A DNA stretch of 64,000 bases from Sedimentisphaerales bacterium (GTDB lineage Bacteria > Planctomycetota > Phycisphaerae > Sedimentisphaerales > Anaerobacaceae), in contig OY970194.1 in assembly GCA_963708075.1 (NCBI GenBank), positions 2,080,001 through 2,144,000 on the forward strand, read 5' to 3'. Shown here in pieces: positions 9,442-19,527 of the stretch. Position 1 is the stretch's first letter; each line of letters opens with the position of its first letter. A program made the position numbers and the translations under genes. Below the pieces are notes generated by a model. That model had not been told where the DNA came from and did no database searches. It worked only from the letters and a program-made list of their open reading frames with translations.

Positions 9442-12400
9442 CTATGCTCGTCCTATACACATTTTCACTGGGACCGTAATCTTGTCCGGGTCCGGATCCA
9501 CCCGATACGTCAGATTGAACTCCACCTCCTTGTCCTCTGTTTGAGTGTGCGACAGATCAATCACGCCGTGCCTGCTGGACCATAACGCACCGTGTCTCCT
9601 CCCCGGTCCCGTCCACAAACACACCAGGGCCATCTGGACATCCCTTGCGGCAGAATCAACCATTGGCCGCACGCTGATGCACAGCCGCCGCCTGGGGAGG
9701 AAGAGTCGCCTCAAGAGAACGATCAACCGGGTCATCCACCGCACTGCGGCCGGACTCCACCCGGGATGACGCGACGACAGGTACTCCGCATATACCTGCA
9801 TCTCATCCGCGCATGACGTCTCATTCGCCAGGCTCACCTCTGCCGGGTTTGACTCTTGCGGCGTGACCATGGCATCCCCTCTCACGTAGATCCGCAGGCC
9901 CAGGCTGTCCGGTGTGGGCACCCAGCGCTTCGTGATCTGCGCCAACGCACCAACGGCCGCGACCACCAGTACCAACCCCCACACAAGAGGAATATCCAGG
10001 AAGGGCCTTTCCACGTTGATCGTGCCGGCGATCATGCACTCCTTGATCTCACGCAATGGGATCGGGATCTTCCGGCTGCCGGCAACAGGGGTATCGAAGG
10101 GTCTCTCCTCATAGGAGGCCCAGACGAGAATCTGGTACACATCATCGTGGCGCACTCGAGGCCAGCCCCAGATTCTCCTGCTGCTCGGCTCGCTCATGTC
10201 CGGCTCGTCGGCCTGCCCGTCCGGAGGATTCTGTACCAGCCGCACCTTCGCCGAATCCCCTTTCCTGCCGGCGTTCGCCAATGCGATGGTCTTCATCAGC
10301 AGTTCGGGCGAGGCATTCGGTTCCCCTTCGACCAAGCCGGTCGTCCTCACGATAGATACTTCCGTCTGCCTGGTCGACCACCAGCCCTGCAATTCCGCGG
10401 CCGGGCGAAACCGCGGCCGAACCCACAACCGGAAGGGCGGCTTCAACGTGGGATTTGCCTCCGTGAGCATACGCTCGTTGGCACCCTTCTTCCAGTGCAG
10501 ATCGACCCCCTCAAGGTAAGGCTTTGCGATTTGGACGGGACTGAGGGACTTCCAGGTCACGGGGTCTATGTTCATGCAACGCAACCGGAATTTCATGGGC
10601 CCATCGACGATTCCGTCCAAAGAAGGCAGGAAATCGGGATGCTGGACCCGCAGACAACTGTCGCTTTCGTCCACCGATGCGACACCTTTCAGCCAGGTAT
10701 CCTCCATCCCGGCGAACTGGAACTCGAATGTCAAATCCGCCGATCGAAACGGCAAAGCAGTCTGAACGGGAATCCGGTATGAGAACGGCCATTGCCGGGT
10801 CGTGGGCGTCAAGAATCCGTGGGGCGGGATGATTTCCTCCGGCACGATCCTGTTGCCGATGGTCACGAGCGTCGGGGTCGTGAGCGACAGGCGCGCACTG
10901 CCCGTCCCGGGCCCGGTCGTGGACACCTGGAGGAAGTAGTCTCCTTCCCGCTCCAGGGGCGACCTGTCCACGAGGATCTCGGCTTTCTCATTGCCGCTCG
11001 TGAATCCCACCTCCCTGGAGAACACGGTTTCCGTGTAGGCCTCCGTCAGATTCCTTCGCTTGAGAGCCACGCTGACGTTGAGCAGTGGGTCGCTGGACGA
11101 GCCGATCGCCCCGGAAGAATCCAGGAGGATGCGCAAGGGCGTGGCATAGGAATTACGGCTGGGGTCGGGCTGCTTGCCGCCGGAGATCAGCCTCTCTGAA
11201 TCGAAAAGCACCCGTTCGTCGGGAGACACGATCTCCAGGACTTTGAGTGTGAACCGCGGCGCCCTTGCCGACAATCGGCATGTGGCCGTGAGTATGCTGC
11301 GCAGTGTTCCCGCTGAGCCCGATTCCTCGAAGTCCCCCGCGAGTTCCATCACGTGCGGGCCTGTTCGGTTTGGCGTGTACAGAGCATGGCCTTCGAGGAC
11401 GTACGATCGCCCGGGACCTTCCTTCGCCGTGGTCCATTCCATTCTCGCGGAGATGTCATCCTGGGGGCCGCTGTCGTTCGTCGCCGCGAGACGGCAGGAA
11501 TTCTTGAAGTCCGTGACCAGCCGGTTGTGATCGGGATTTCCCGGGGTATAGCCCGTGAAGCAGGCACGCAGTGGAATCTGCATCGTCTCCAGCGCATAGC
11601 ACGACAGGTCTTCCCCGCCTCCGGAGCCGACTACCAGTTGGCTGAGTTCCAGGTGACGCTCTATGGCCTTGAACGCCCCCCCGGGCAGTCGGATGGTTGT
11701 GTACTCGTCCGCCCCTTTGGGTTTGCAGTCGATGATGATGTCAACGTCGTAGTTCTTGTCCTTCTGCAGTTCCTTTTGCAGCACGCGCGTAATCTGGGAG
11801 CTCGTGGCTGTCCCGGCGTCCGGAAGAAGGACTCGGACCGGTTTTCCGCCATCGCTGATCCCCTGCTCTCGCACTTCGATCACTACGCTGTTGACGTCCT
11901 GATCCGCAGTCCATGCGGCGCCGAAAACAACGGGTTCGTCCGCAACTAGCGTCTCTGCGACACCTTCCAGAGTCTGTTCATCCAGGTCCTGCACGACGCG
12001 GTACGTGAAGACGGGGTCGGTCACTTCATAGCTCTTCTTCTGGGCCTGGAGACCTGACAGGATAGTCCCAAAGTCGATCTCACAGCGGCGGCTCGGGGGA
12101 ATCACGCCGCCCAGCTCCAGCTTGTATGTCCCGGTGACCTTGATGGCGTTGTCCTGTTTCTCTCTTGTCAGCCTGTCCAGGGTACACTGCACCGGCAGCA
12201 CAACCGGCTCGTCTGCCGGTTCCCCCAGGAAGGTCATCGCAGCCCGAGGCAACTCCTGAGGAAAAAGGCTTACCGCCACATCCGCAGAATCCGGAAAAAC
12301 CGGGAAGATCGACAAGTGCAGGATCTGCTGGTGGTGCTCCCCGACCCACAGGGCGGTCCGCTGATCCGAGAACTGACACGTCAGCTCCTGAGGCGTTTCA

Positions 12401-14265
12401 TAGAGGAAGTCGAAACCATCGCCGGGCAGATGCAGCTCGCGGGCGACGTCGGCCACTTGGAGCCTGACCTGTGCCTGGCCTGCCAGACGTTTGTCGCCCT
12501 TGGGCAGCGCAAAGGTATCCGTGACGAGTCTGCCGGCTTCCAGCCGGAAAGGCCGCTGCGACGGCGTCACGTTGGTCACGTTCAACTGGGCATCCGTAAT
12601 CTCGATCGTGGTGTTCCCCTGCCGGCGAAGTTCTGCATAGACCCCCTCGCCTCCCTGGGCAGTCGCGGCGTCTTGGGACAAGTCCTGGCCTCTCGGGAAG
12701 ATCACGACGCCGGTCGAGGCCGTGTGAATCACCAGAGACAAAGGCGCCGGCTCCACAAGCAGATCCGTGGAGAAAGCACCCAGCGGGATTTCACGGTTCT
12801 GCGCGTGGTCGACACAGTTGCACGTGATGGTGTATGGTCCGGGAGCACTCAACTGAAACGGAATGCTGCGGTAGACCCGTTCCGAGGGATCCCACTCATC
12901 CGCGGCGATTGCAATGGGGCTGGCCGCTCGGCCGCGGGTCACGACGAAAGAAAGCGACAGATCTTCCCCCCGCAGAGGTGGAACGACCTCTGTCTGCTCG
13001 CCCAGCACTCTGGGGCGGTCAACAAGATGCGCCCCAATTCGCACTCGCTCATCCATCCAACAGGGTGACTTGGGTTCCATCTCAAGGCGCAAGAGAAAAT
13101 CCGTGATCAGATAGATGCGGCCGTCGTACTTTCCAGCGGCTCCGCTCCCACCCGGACGCCATTTTCCACACCAGTATCCGTCCAGCCGACCCGACTCGAG
13201 TGGACGACGCAGGATCATGATGTTCCACTTGGCCAGGGGAACGACCCGCCGGTCGATGCCGGACGTCTCGTCCAAGCCATCTTTCACCGCCAGGGAGTAA
13301 GGCTTGCCTGCCGCTCCGCCAGCCGCAGGCTCAAGGGTAACCGATTCAAGCGATGGGCCGATGAATACCACCGTTCGATGGTGCTTGCTGACGTCAAACA
13401 TGGCTGTGTTCGAGATCGGCGGGGAGCCTGGCACGGCCTGGAAGATATTCAGGAAGATGTCCAACAGGGAGGATGTGGCCGTGATGCGATAGGTTCGGCC
13501 GCGAGTCGTGTCCCCGATCTTGTCCATCAGCTTCTCGGCGGCCATATCCGCGTTCCTCAGTCTCCGCGGCTCCCGGCCGCTTCGGTAGGACCCTGCATTG
13601 ACGATGATTGCGTAGACGCGGATGTCCTCGGAGGCCAAGCCGGCGGCTGCCTTCAGAACTGGACCCCCGGCCATCTGGCTCGCGGCATGATCCGGATCTC
13701 CATCGCTCAGGAGGATGACGATCCCATGACCCTTTGCACGGTATTTCTCCCGAGCCAGGCCGATGCGCCGGCGAGCCCACTGCAGGGCCACCTCGACGCG
13801 TGTCCCTCCGGAATCCGACTTGCGCGTGCTGATCTGTTCCCTCACGTTCTGCCAGTCCGCACCGACCTGCTGCCACGTGAGCAACGCATTGCCTGGTGCC
13901 GCCGCCTCAGAGGTGCCGCCGGGCAGTCCCTCGCTGATGCGGTCACTGAACTTGCACACCCCCACGAGATTCTCCGTGGGATTCTCCCCCAATAACGCGA
14001 GGAACGTAAATTGAGCATCGTCCCGAAGGGTCGTCCGCTTTCCGGTCGCCTTATCCTCGAATAACGGATCGCTCGCGTTCATGCTTTGCGAGACATCCGT
14101 GCAAAGCACGATGAAATATGGGTCGTCCGAGGCGTTGGCAGGTCCTTGCCCGGAGACAGCCGTGCGCCCCTGACCGTAGGCCTCGGCACCAGGCAGGATA
14201 GCCATGATCGTGACCAACAGAAATCCGACCAGGTAACCTCTCGCGTGTTTCTCTTGTATCCTCAT
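9442..14265 (-). CDS. Large exported von Willebrand factor A (VWA) domain protein with C-terminal TM anchor (~1607 aa)
   Basis: Signal peptide MRIQEKHARGYLVGFLLVTIMAILPGAEA; MIDAS DVSQS, GGT, ILLSDGDP; long beta-rich stalk; TM LVWGLVLVVAAVGALAQI, then a ~170-aa tail. Start chosen at the signal peptide (ORF open to 14349). Confidence 0.88.
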   Translation of the reverse strand: MRIQEKHARGYLVGFLLVTIMAILPGAEAYGQGRTAVSGQGPANASDDPYFIVLCTDVSQSMNASDPLFEDKATGKRTTLRDDAQFTFLALLGENPTENLVGVCKFSDRISEGLPGGTSEAAAPGNALLTWQQVGADWQNVREQISTRKSDSGGTRVEVALQWARRRIGLAREKYRAKGHGIVILLSDGDPDHAASQMAGGPVLKAAAGLASEDIRVYAIIVNAGSYRSGREPRRLRNADMAAEKLMDKIGDTTRGRTYRITATSSLLDIFLNIFQAVPGSPPISNTAMFDVSKHHRTVVFIGPSLESVTLEPAAGGAAGKPYSLAVKDGLDETSGIDRRVVPLAKWNIMILRRPLESGRLDGYWCGKWRPGGSGAAGKYDGRIYLITDFLLRLEMEPKSPCWMDERVRIGAHLVDRPRVLGEQTEVVPPLRGEDLSLSFVVTRGRAASPIAIAADEWDPSERVYRSIPFQLSAPGPYTITCNCVDHAQNREIPLGAFSTDLLVEPAPLSLVIHTASTGVVIFPRGQDLSQDAATAQGGEGVYAELRRQGNTTIEITDAQLNVTNVTPSQRPFRLEAGRLVTDTFALPKGDKRLAGQAQVRLQVADVARELHLPGDGFDFLYETPQELTCQFSDQRTALWVGEHHQQILHLSIFPVFPDSADVAVSLFPQELPRAAMTFLGEPADEPVVLPVQCTLDRLTREKQDNAIKVTGTYKLELGGVIPPSRRCEIDFGTILSGLQAQKKSYEVTDPVFTYRVVQDLDEQTLEGVAETLVADEPVVFGAAWTADQDVNSVVIEVREQGISDGGKPVRVLLPDAGTATSSQITRVLQKELQKDKNYDVDIIIDCKPKGADEYTTIRLPGGAFKAIERHLELSQLVVGSGGGEDLSCYALETMQIPLRACFTGYTPGNPDHNRLVTDFKNSCRLAATNDSGPQDDISARMEWTTAKEGPGRSYVLEGHALYTPNRTGPHVMELAGDFEESGSAGTLRSILTATCRLSARAPRFTLKVLEIVSPDERVLFDSERLISGGKQPDPSRNSYATPLRILLDSSGAIGSSSDPLLNVSVALKRRNLTEAYTETVFSREVGFTSGNEKAEILVDRSPLEREGDYFLQVSTTGPGTGSARLSLTTPTLVTIGNRIVPEEIIPPHGFLTPTTRQWPFSYRIPVQTALPFRSADLTFEFQFAGMEDTWLKGVASVDESDSCLRVQHPDFLPSLDGIVDGPMKFRLRCMNIDPVTWKSLSPVQIAKPYLEGVDLHWKKGANERMLTEANPTLKPPFRLWVRPRFRPAAELQGWWSTRQTEVSIVRTTGLVEGEPNASPELLMKTIALANAGRKGDSAKVRLVQNPPDGQADEPDMSEPSSRRIWGWPRVRHDDVYQILVWASYEERPFDTPVAGSRKIPIPLREIKECMIAGTINVERPFLDIPLVWGLVLVVAAVGALAQITKRWVPTPDSLGLRIYVRGDAMVTPQESNPAEVSLANETSCADEMQVYAEYLSSRHPGWSPAAVRWMTRLIVLLRRLFLPRRRLCISVRPMVDSAARDVQMALVCLWTGPGRRHGALWSSRHGVIDLSHTQTEDKEVEFNLTYRVDPDPDKITVPVKMCIGRA

Positions 14266-14367
14266 CCGATGTTTCCCCCACTCTCTTGTTTCCTGTATCC
14301 CGCATTGCCTCAGTCTGGCCTGATTCCATCCGCAGGCGATCTCTCCCATCTGTGCCGGCCATGCCGA

Positions 14368-17017
14368 TTACCGGGTAAGCGGGCCATCTTCATTTTCCTC
14401 ACGAAGCGCCTCCACCGGTTTGCGGTAGTCCGCAATAACGTTCATGACATGCTTCACGCTACAGTCGATGTTACGATCTCCCTGCTGGATCTGATTGATC
14501 CATTGGTCGATTTGATCGAGGGTGCGCCGCTGCAGGTGCACCGGGTCTTGCTCCCGGAACAGGGTGAGATACAACCCAGAGATGGCTCGCCGGAACAACT
14601 GCACGTCTTCATCGTTTGCCAGCCCTTCATGGGCCAGAGCCTCGATGGCCTTCTCAAACGAATCCTGAGCCTCGCGAACTTTGCCGCCGTGCAGCAATTC
14701 TTCACCCTCGGCCACGACGGCCGCGCGGTCGCAGATCTGCCGCAGAATGTGCAGCTGGTTCCTTGGATCGAGGCTGCTTCTCTTGCCGGTGTTGTGAACT
14801 GGGCACGACTCCAGGCACGTGCCAATCACGGCCTGGATGTCCCGGAGAATCTCCGGCGACGCTTCCGCAATTGCCGGGGCAAAGCTCTTCTCGAGAGCCT
14901 GCCACAGCTCATCCAACTCGGCGCCCACGCCGTAATAGGACCTTATCAGCCGCCGCAACAGGACGCAGGCCTCTTGAATGAGAACCGGCCCGAGCCGCAG
15001 GACTCCACACCGCCTCCGGTCCCAGTGGCTCCGACTGAAGCAGCTTCTTCACGACGCCCAGGATTTCGTCCCTGGATTGCATGAGTTCCTGGGGCGGATT
15101 CTTCATCTTCCGAAGGGCGAGCAGACAGTACAGGGGCGCGCAGGCGGGCGATAACGACGGGTCGTGTCCAATCGCTCGGGCAAGCATCTCCTCCGCGCCA
15201 TCGTCGTTGGTCCGGCCTTCCGTGACACCCTTAAGGACCTGTCGCAGGTGGTACTGGCCCTGATGCCTCTCCAGGCGGGATCGCCACACCTCCCAGTCCT
15301 CGACCATGCACATGGGATCGTTGACCTGACACTTGCGAAGAGCCTCGTAGGTTTCCTGACGGACAGGCTCTTGCCAGTTGTCCGGGCAGGTGTCATGGAG
15401 TCGCTTCCTCGGCTCGGCGACCCGCTGCTCGATGTCGGCTCGCCTCAACCCGGCCAGATGCTTCTCGATCTCCGCCGGTAAATCACTGAGCAATGGTCCG
15501 ACGTCGCTCTCCGAGGCGTTCGTACCAGTGAATTGCTCCACGGCCTCCCTGACGCGGCGAAGAAGGGCCTCCGATTCAGACTCCGCCTGGCACAGGTCCG
15601 TGCAGCCACAGAATGCCTCGACTTGTTCCCTGAGGTCCATACAGGTTCGATAGCGATCGCGCTGCGCGTGGTCCTGGGCCTGACAGTGGACTTCATCCAG
15701 GCGTTGCGTGATCCCTTCCCGAAGCGATTGGGCGAACGAGTCGTCATCGGATTTTTCCAAGGCATCGGACAGGCACCTGAGTACGCGTTCGGCCGGCCTG
15801 TACTGCCCGGACATCTGGTACTCCTCGGCCTGCCTCATGGCAATCTGCGCGTGCCGCCTGATCCAGGGGACCGACCTTTCCCCGGAGGCCAGAGATGGGC
15901 GAATGTCGGAGGCATAGAGGAGGCCGGCCGCCTCTGCACACGCGTCAAGTGAATCCTGTTCGTGGCGTCGTTTCTCAGGGCTGCCCGCCGGATTTCGTGC
16001 TCCGGTGGCATTTTCCGCCGGCTCCATCGGCCACAACTGCAGTTCAGCCGCAATGGAATCCCGCTCGCACTTGCCCCCCGAAGGGTCCGCTATCCTCTGG
16101 GCCCCGTCCGCCAGATAGACGATGAGCCGGTTGAGCCGGGTGAATGTCGGGTCATTCAGAATCTTCAAACGCTTCAGCAACAGTTTGCGCTCCAGGGCTC
16201 GCCGACCCGGGTCGTCACTGCCGGTGAAATCAGCACCGTCCGGCTGCCTTTCTTCAGCGTCCCGGGCATCATCGATCGTGCCCTGCGTTCCTTCCAGGAT
16301 TGGCCGGCCGGTCTTCTCGAACTCCACTTCAGATGGGTCCGGTCCGAGGCACCGCTGACGAGCTTTCCTGGGCAATCCAGCCATGAAATCGACCATGACC
16401 GCTTCCACCTGATCGTGCAGGGGATACCGGTGGAACGCTTGCTCCAATAAGGTCAGCAGACTGTAACACGCCGCCGGCAGCTTCATGAATCCGGCAATTC
16501 CTTCGGCGGCATCCTCCCCTGGAATCGCCGCAGCCGCGATGTCCCGGATGCCTTCTGCCTGGCCAAGACGGACGCGCAGGACCCCGCGGTTCGACCGTGC
16601 CAACAGGGCCAGGTGAGGCTCCTGGGACGTTTCCCTCAAATAGGCGCTGTAAGAGGCGATCGCGGCCTCATAGGACTGGGCCAGTTCCTCGAGCCACGCC
16701 GCAAGCCACTCCAGCCGGGACCGGATCAGGGCGTCAGACCAGTTCCAGCCACGCAGTGCCTCGACTCGTTCAAGCAGTGTAGTCAAATCAGTGGAGTCTG
16801 CACCGATGACATACATTCCTGGGAGCCGCAGGAGGAGTCGGTTCATCAACTCCTCCAGGTGACGAGGGTGCAACAACTCAATCAACGGACGTGGGGCCGC
16901 GGACTGCGCTGGATCACGAGCCAGGGTGGATTCGTCCACTCTGCCGCTCAAGATCAGCTCGACAAGCGATTCAACATCCGTCTGAATCCACTCTCCGCCT
17001 ACTTGAACGCCTACCAT
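14368..17017 (-). CDS. Large helical/TPR-like protein with GYF-like N-terminus (split by +1 frameshift near 14983; ~882 aa)
   Basis: LVELILSGRVDESTLARD resembles GYF_2. TPR-like YEAAIASYSAYL..ARSNRGVLRVRLG and VREAQDSFEKAI. The 702-aa and 196-aa ORFs join on removing one base at 14980-14986 (..AARAG|LIQEACVLLRRL). GGGGAG RBS. Confidence 0.7.
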
Positions 17018-18054
17018 GGCTGTACTCCCCTCGCTTCATGCACCAGGGGCTTTGACGCTCACCGCCCCTTCCATCCGAACCGTCGTGACCGATCTCTCCC
17101 TGAGATATGTCCTCAACTCGCTTCCTTTCGTTCACAGCGGTCTTCCCGAATGCTCACACCCCCCAAACGCAAGGACTTCCTCGCAAGCCGTGAGCCAACG
17201 CCGTGATTCTGCCCTGCCAGTGATCCTTCCCCACTGCGGGCAGTTCCAGCGTGACACCGACATTCACTCTCCAGCCCGTGACCCTGACCACAAGCATACT
17301 CAAGAAGTGAAGGTGGGTAATATATCAGGGTGATGTCCCTACAGGACCCACATGCCTGCGGGAACAAACGCCCGTTCTCGAGTAGGCCCCAACGGCTATC
17401 GGGCCCTGTTCAACAGCCTCTGCATTGAATTCAACCCCCCATAAGTCGGCCGGGCGCTGCCAACAGGCAGCACCGAAGACCAGTTATCATTGTGCCCCGA
17501 GGACTACGTTCGGGTCGACCTATCCGTTCGCAGATTCGTGGCGAGGCGGCCCTCAATTTGAGAGCCTCCTGCGAATCACCCGCCAGGCGGATCCACTCCT
17601 GTCCCGCCCCGCAAGCGACAATGGCCCGCCAAGGACTCCCCCGAGCCAACTGCCGGCGTACATCCCTGCCCCGGCCGCTATCAAGACGCAGACTCCCATG
17701 CCGAGGAACCGCCCCGGTCCGAGTTCAACGCTGAACCAGCGGCACACGGGTTTTCAGTCCGAACAGGGCTTTCGTAAGTCCTTGCGGCATAAGGCTTAAG
17801 GATTAACAGACAAAGACTTGAGACTATGCGTAGATCAGCCGACGGGCAACCGGAGAGCGATTGCCGGCACACGAGCGCCACATGATGGCCGTATTTCGCG
17901 CTGTCTCTCTCTTTGCATGGGGTTCATCTATGCCTTTTCTGATTTGTGCCTCCCCCCCGCCCCGACGTAGCCAACGATCACCGCCGCTCAGGGGAATTGC
18001 CCCGGGACTGCTCAGGCTGGCCTGTACCACTTCTCATTGGAGGGAACAACCAAC

Positions 18055-18175
18055 AAGAACAGGCCGGCGGCTCCATTGTCCGCCGACCTGTTCCCAAGTG
18101 TGTGTCAGGTGGGAACACGTCCCATGGTTGCACCGCCCGGTTGTAGATGCGGATATCATCCATTAGGCCGGTCCA
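18055..18175. repeat. Direct repeat copy 2 (LamG 3'-end remnant plus hairpin)
   Basis: Matches 3676-3796. Contains a 14-bp stem GAACAGGTCGGCGG/CCGCCGGCCTGTTC followed by TTGTTGGTTGTT on the minus strand. Confidence 0.85.
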
Positions 18176-18262
18176 GTAGCTGGCGGGGGTGAGATTCTTT
18201 CCGGCGCCGATGAGCAGAGTGCCAGAGGAATCTGCCAGACTGCCCTGAGCGTCTTCGGCCGC
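18124..18262 (-). pseudogene. C-terminal remnant of a LamG-like jellyroll domain gene
   Basis: AEDAQGSLADSSGTLLIGAGKNLTPASYWTGLMDDIRIYNRAVQP; compare FKGMIDDVRLYNRAL in the intact LamG protein at 23654-26593. Confidence 0.8.
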
Positions 18263-18582
18263 GAGGCACGCCGGATGGTGGGGCAGTACGTGATGACCGA
18301 ACACGATTGCCTGGCCCGACGGCAGACTCCGGAGCCAATCGGCATGGGCTCGTACGTGATGGATTCGCACAACGTGCAGCGGTACGTCACAAAAGAGGGT
18401 TCTCGTGCAGAATGAAGGGGATGTCTGTTCCTACGGGCCAACGTATCGCCCAGCCGTGGCGTAACATCCACAAAGGAACGTCGCACACAACAGATGCTTG
18501 CCTACCCCGCAGCCTTCCGGTACACTTGCCCCTGTTCTGACCGACGCAAATGAGCAATCTCAGCCGGTCCGGTGGACCCGTC

Positions 18583-18810
18583 ATGGCAACAACCAAGAAG
18601 AATCTGATCGACCGCATCGCCGAAAGCACCGGCACGAGGCAATCGCTGGTCAAGAGGGTCGTCCAACAGTTCTTCGGCGACGTCATCCATGAAATGACTC
18701 AAGGCAATCGCATCGAACTCCGCGACTTCGGCGTATTTGCGACAAAGACAACGCCGGCCCGGGTGTCCCGGAACCCCCGCACTTTGAAGAAGGTCCAGGT
18801 GCCGGCAAAA
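18583..18810 (+). pseudogene. HU/IHF-family DNA-binding protein, C-terminally truncated
   Basis: MATTKKNLIDRIAE..RIELRDFGVF..RVSRNPRTLKKVQVPAK, then unrelated sequence; the final strand and helix are missing. Confidence 0.8.
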
Positions 18811-18811
18811 C

Positions 18812-19132
18812 TGGCCGACTGCAGAGGAGACCATCCTTGCAGCGTTGGACCACAGTGGGCAGGAGATCTGGAAACGGAAATTCCCGGGAATCCATTCGCA
18901 GTTCGGCCCGGGGACATCCCCGATCATCTTCGGGGATATTGTGGTCTTTACACACGAACAGGAAGGGAATGAGACATACCCCAGCACCTGGATTGCTCTT
19001 GATCGACGAACCGGACAGACACGCTGGAGCAGGCAGCGGCGAAACAGCGAAACCTCGTGCTCAACACCATGTGTCTACCGGATGGAAGGGGATAAGCCGC
19101 GACTGATCTCCATTGGCGAAAGAATGCGTTGA
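18812..19132 (+). pseudogene. Internal fragment of a PQQ-like beta-propeller protein
   Basis: ALDHSGQEIWKR..GTSPIIFGDIVV..IALDRRTGQTRW..STPCVY; no credible start and no normal C-terminus. Confidence 0.75.
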
Positions 19133-19157
19133 CTCGGCCGGGCGTAAGAGCTATCAT
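19129..19157 (+). promoter_or_regulatory. Sigma70-type promoter
   Basis: TTGACT-17 bp-TATCAT upstream of a hairpin and the helicase gene. Confidence 0.55.
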
Positions 19158-19178
19158 TCCGCAAAAGCTACAGTCTAC

Positions 19179-19236
19179 AAGCCCCCGCATAGTCTCGCTT
19201 CCTCTCCCTCCGCACTGCGGGGGCTTCTTTCTTCTT
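19179..19236 (+). terminator. Stem-loop with pyrimidine tail (terminator, attenuator or sRNA end)
   Basis: Perfect 11-bp stem AAGCCCCCGCA/TGCGGGGGCTT, 26-nt loop, followed by CTTTCTTCTT. Confidence 0.5.
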
Positions 19237-19527
19237 CTGCCGCACCCTGTATTGCCGGACTGGGCCTCTCCGGGATGCGACGCGTGACTTCGGATCGCCC
19301 CTTCGACAGCAAGACTGGCCGTTGCCGTGATGGTATCGGATTCCTATAATGGCTCGCAACTGCTTCTGTGCTGTGCAGGCCATGTGAGCGATGCCGGCAG
19401 AAGGCCGCGTGAAAATGGAATTGACGATGAAGTGGACACAAGCTGCGGAATGGACACCGCCCGTCGAAAGACAGTGTCGCGTGGCGGCAGGCGTCCACTT
19501 CGTACTTCTCTACAGAGCCTCCATCCC

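Noticed and set aside
15010..15025. Alternative frameshift site for gene 1 in the CTGGGACC G-run
   Set aside because: Also repairs the frame and cannot be excluded, but GGTTCTC at 14980-14986 matches three other frameshifts.
17020..17400. Riboswitch or ncRNA in the operon leader
   Set aside because: No recognisable aptamer consensus by eye; needs an Rfam search.
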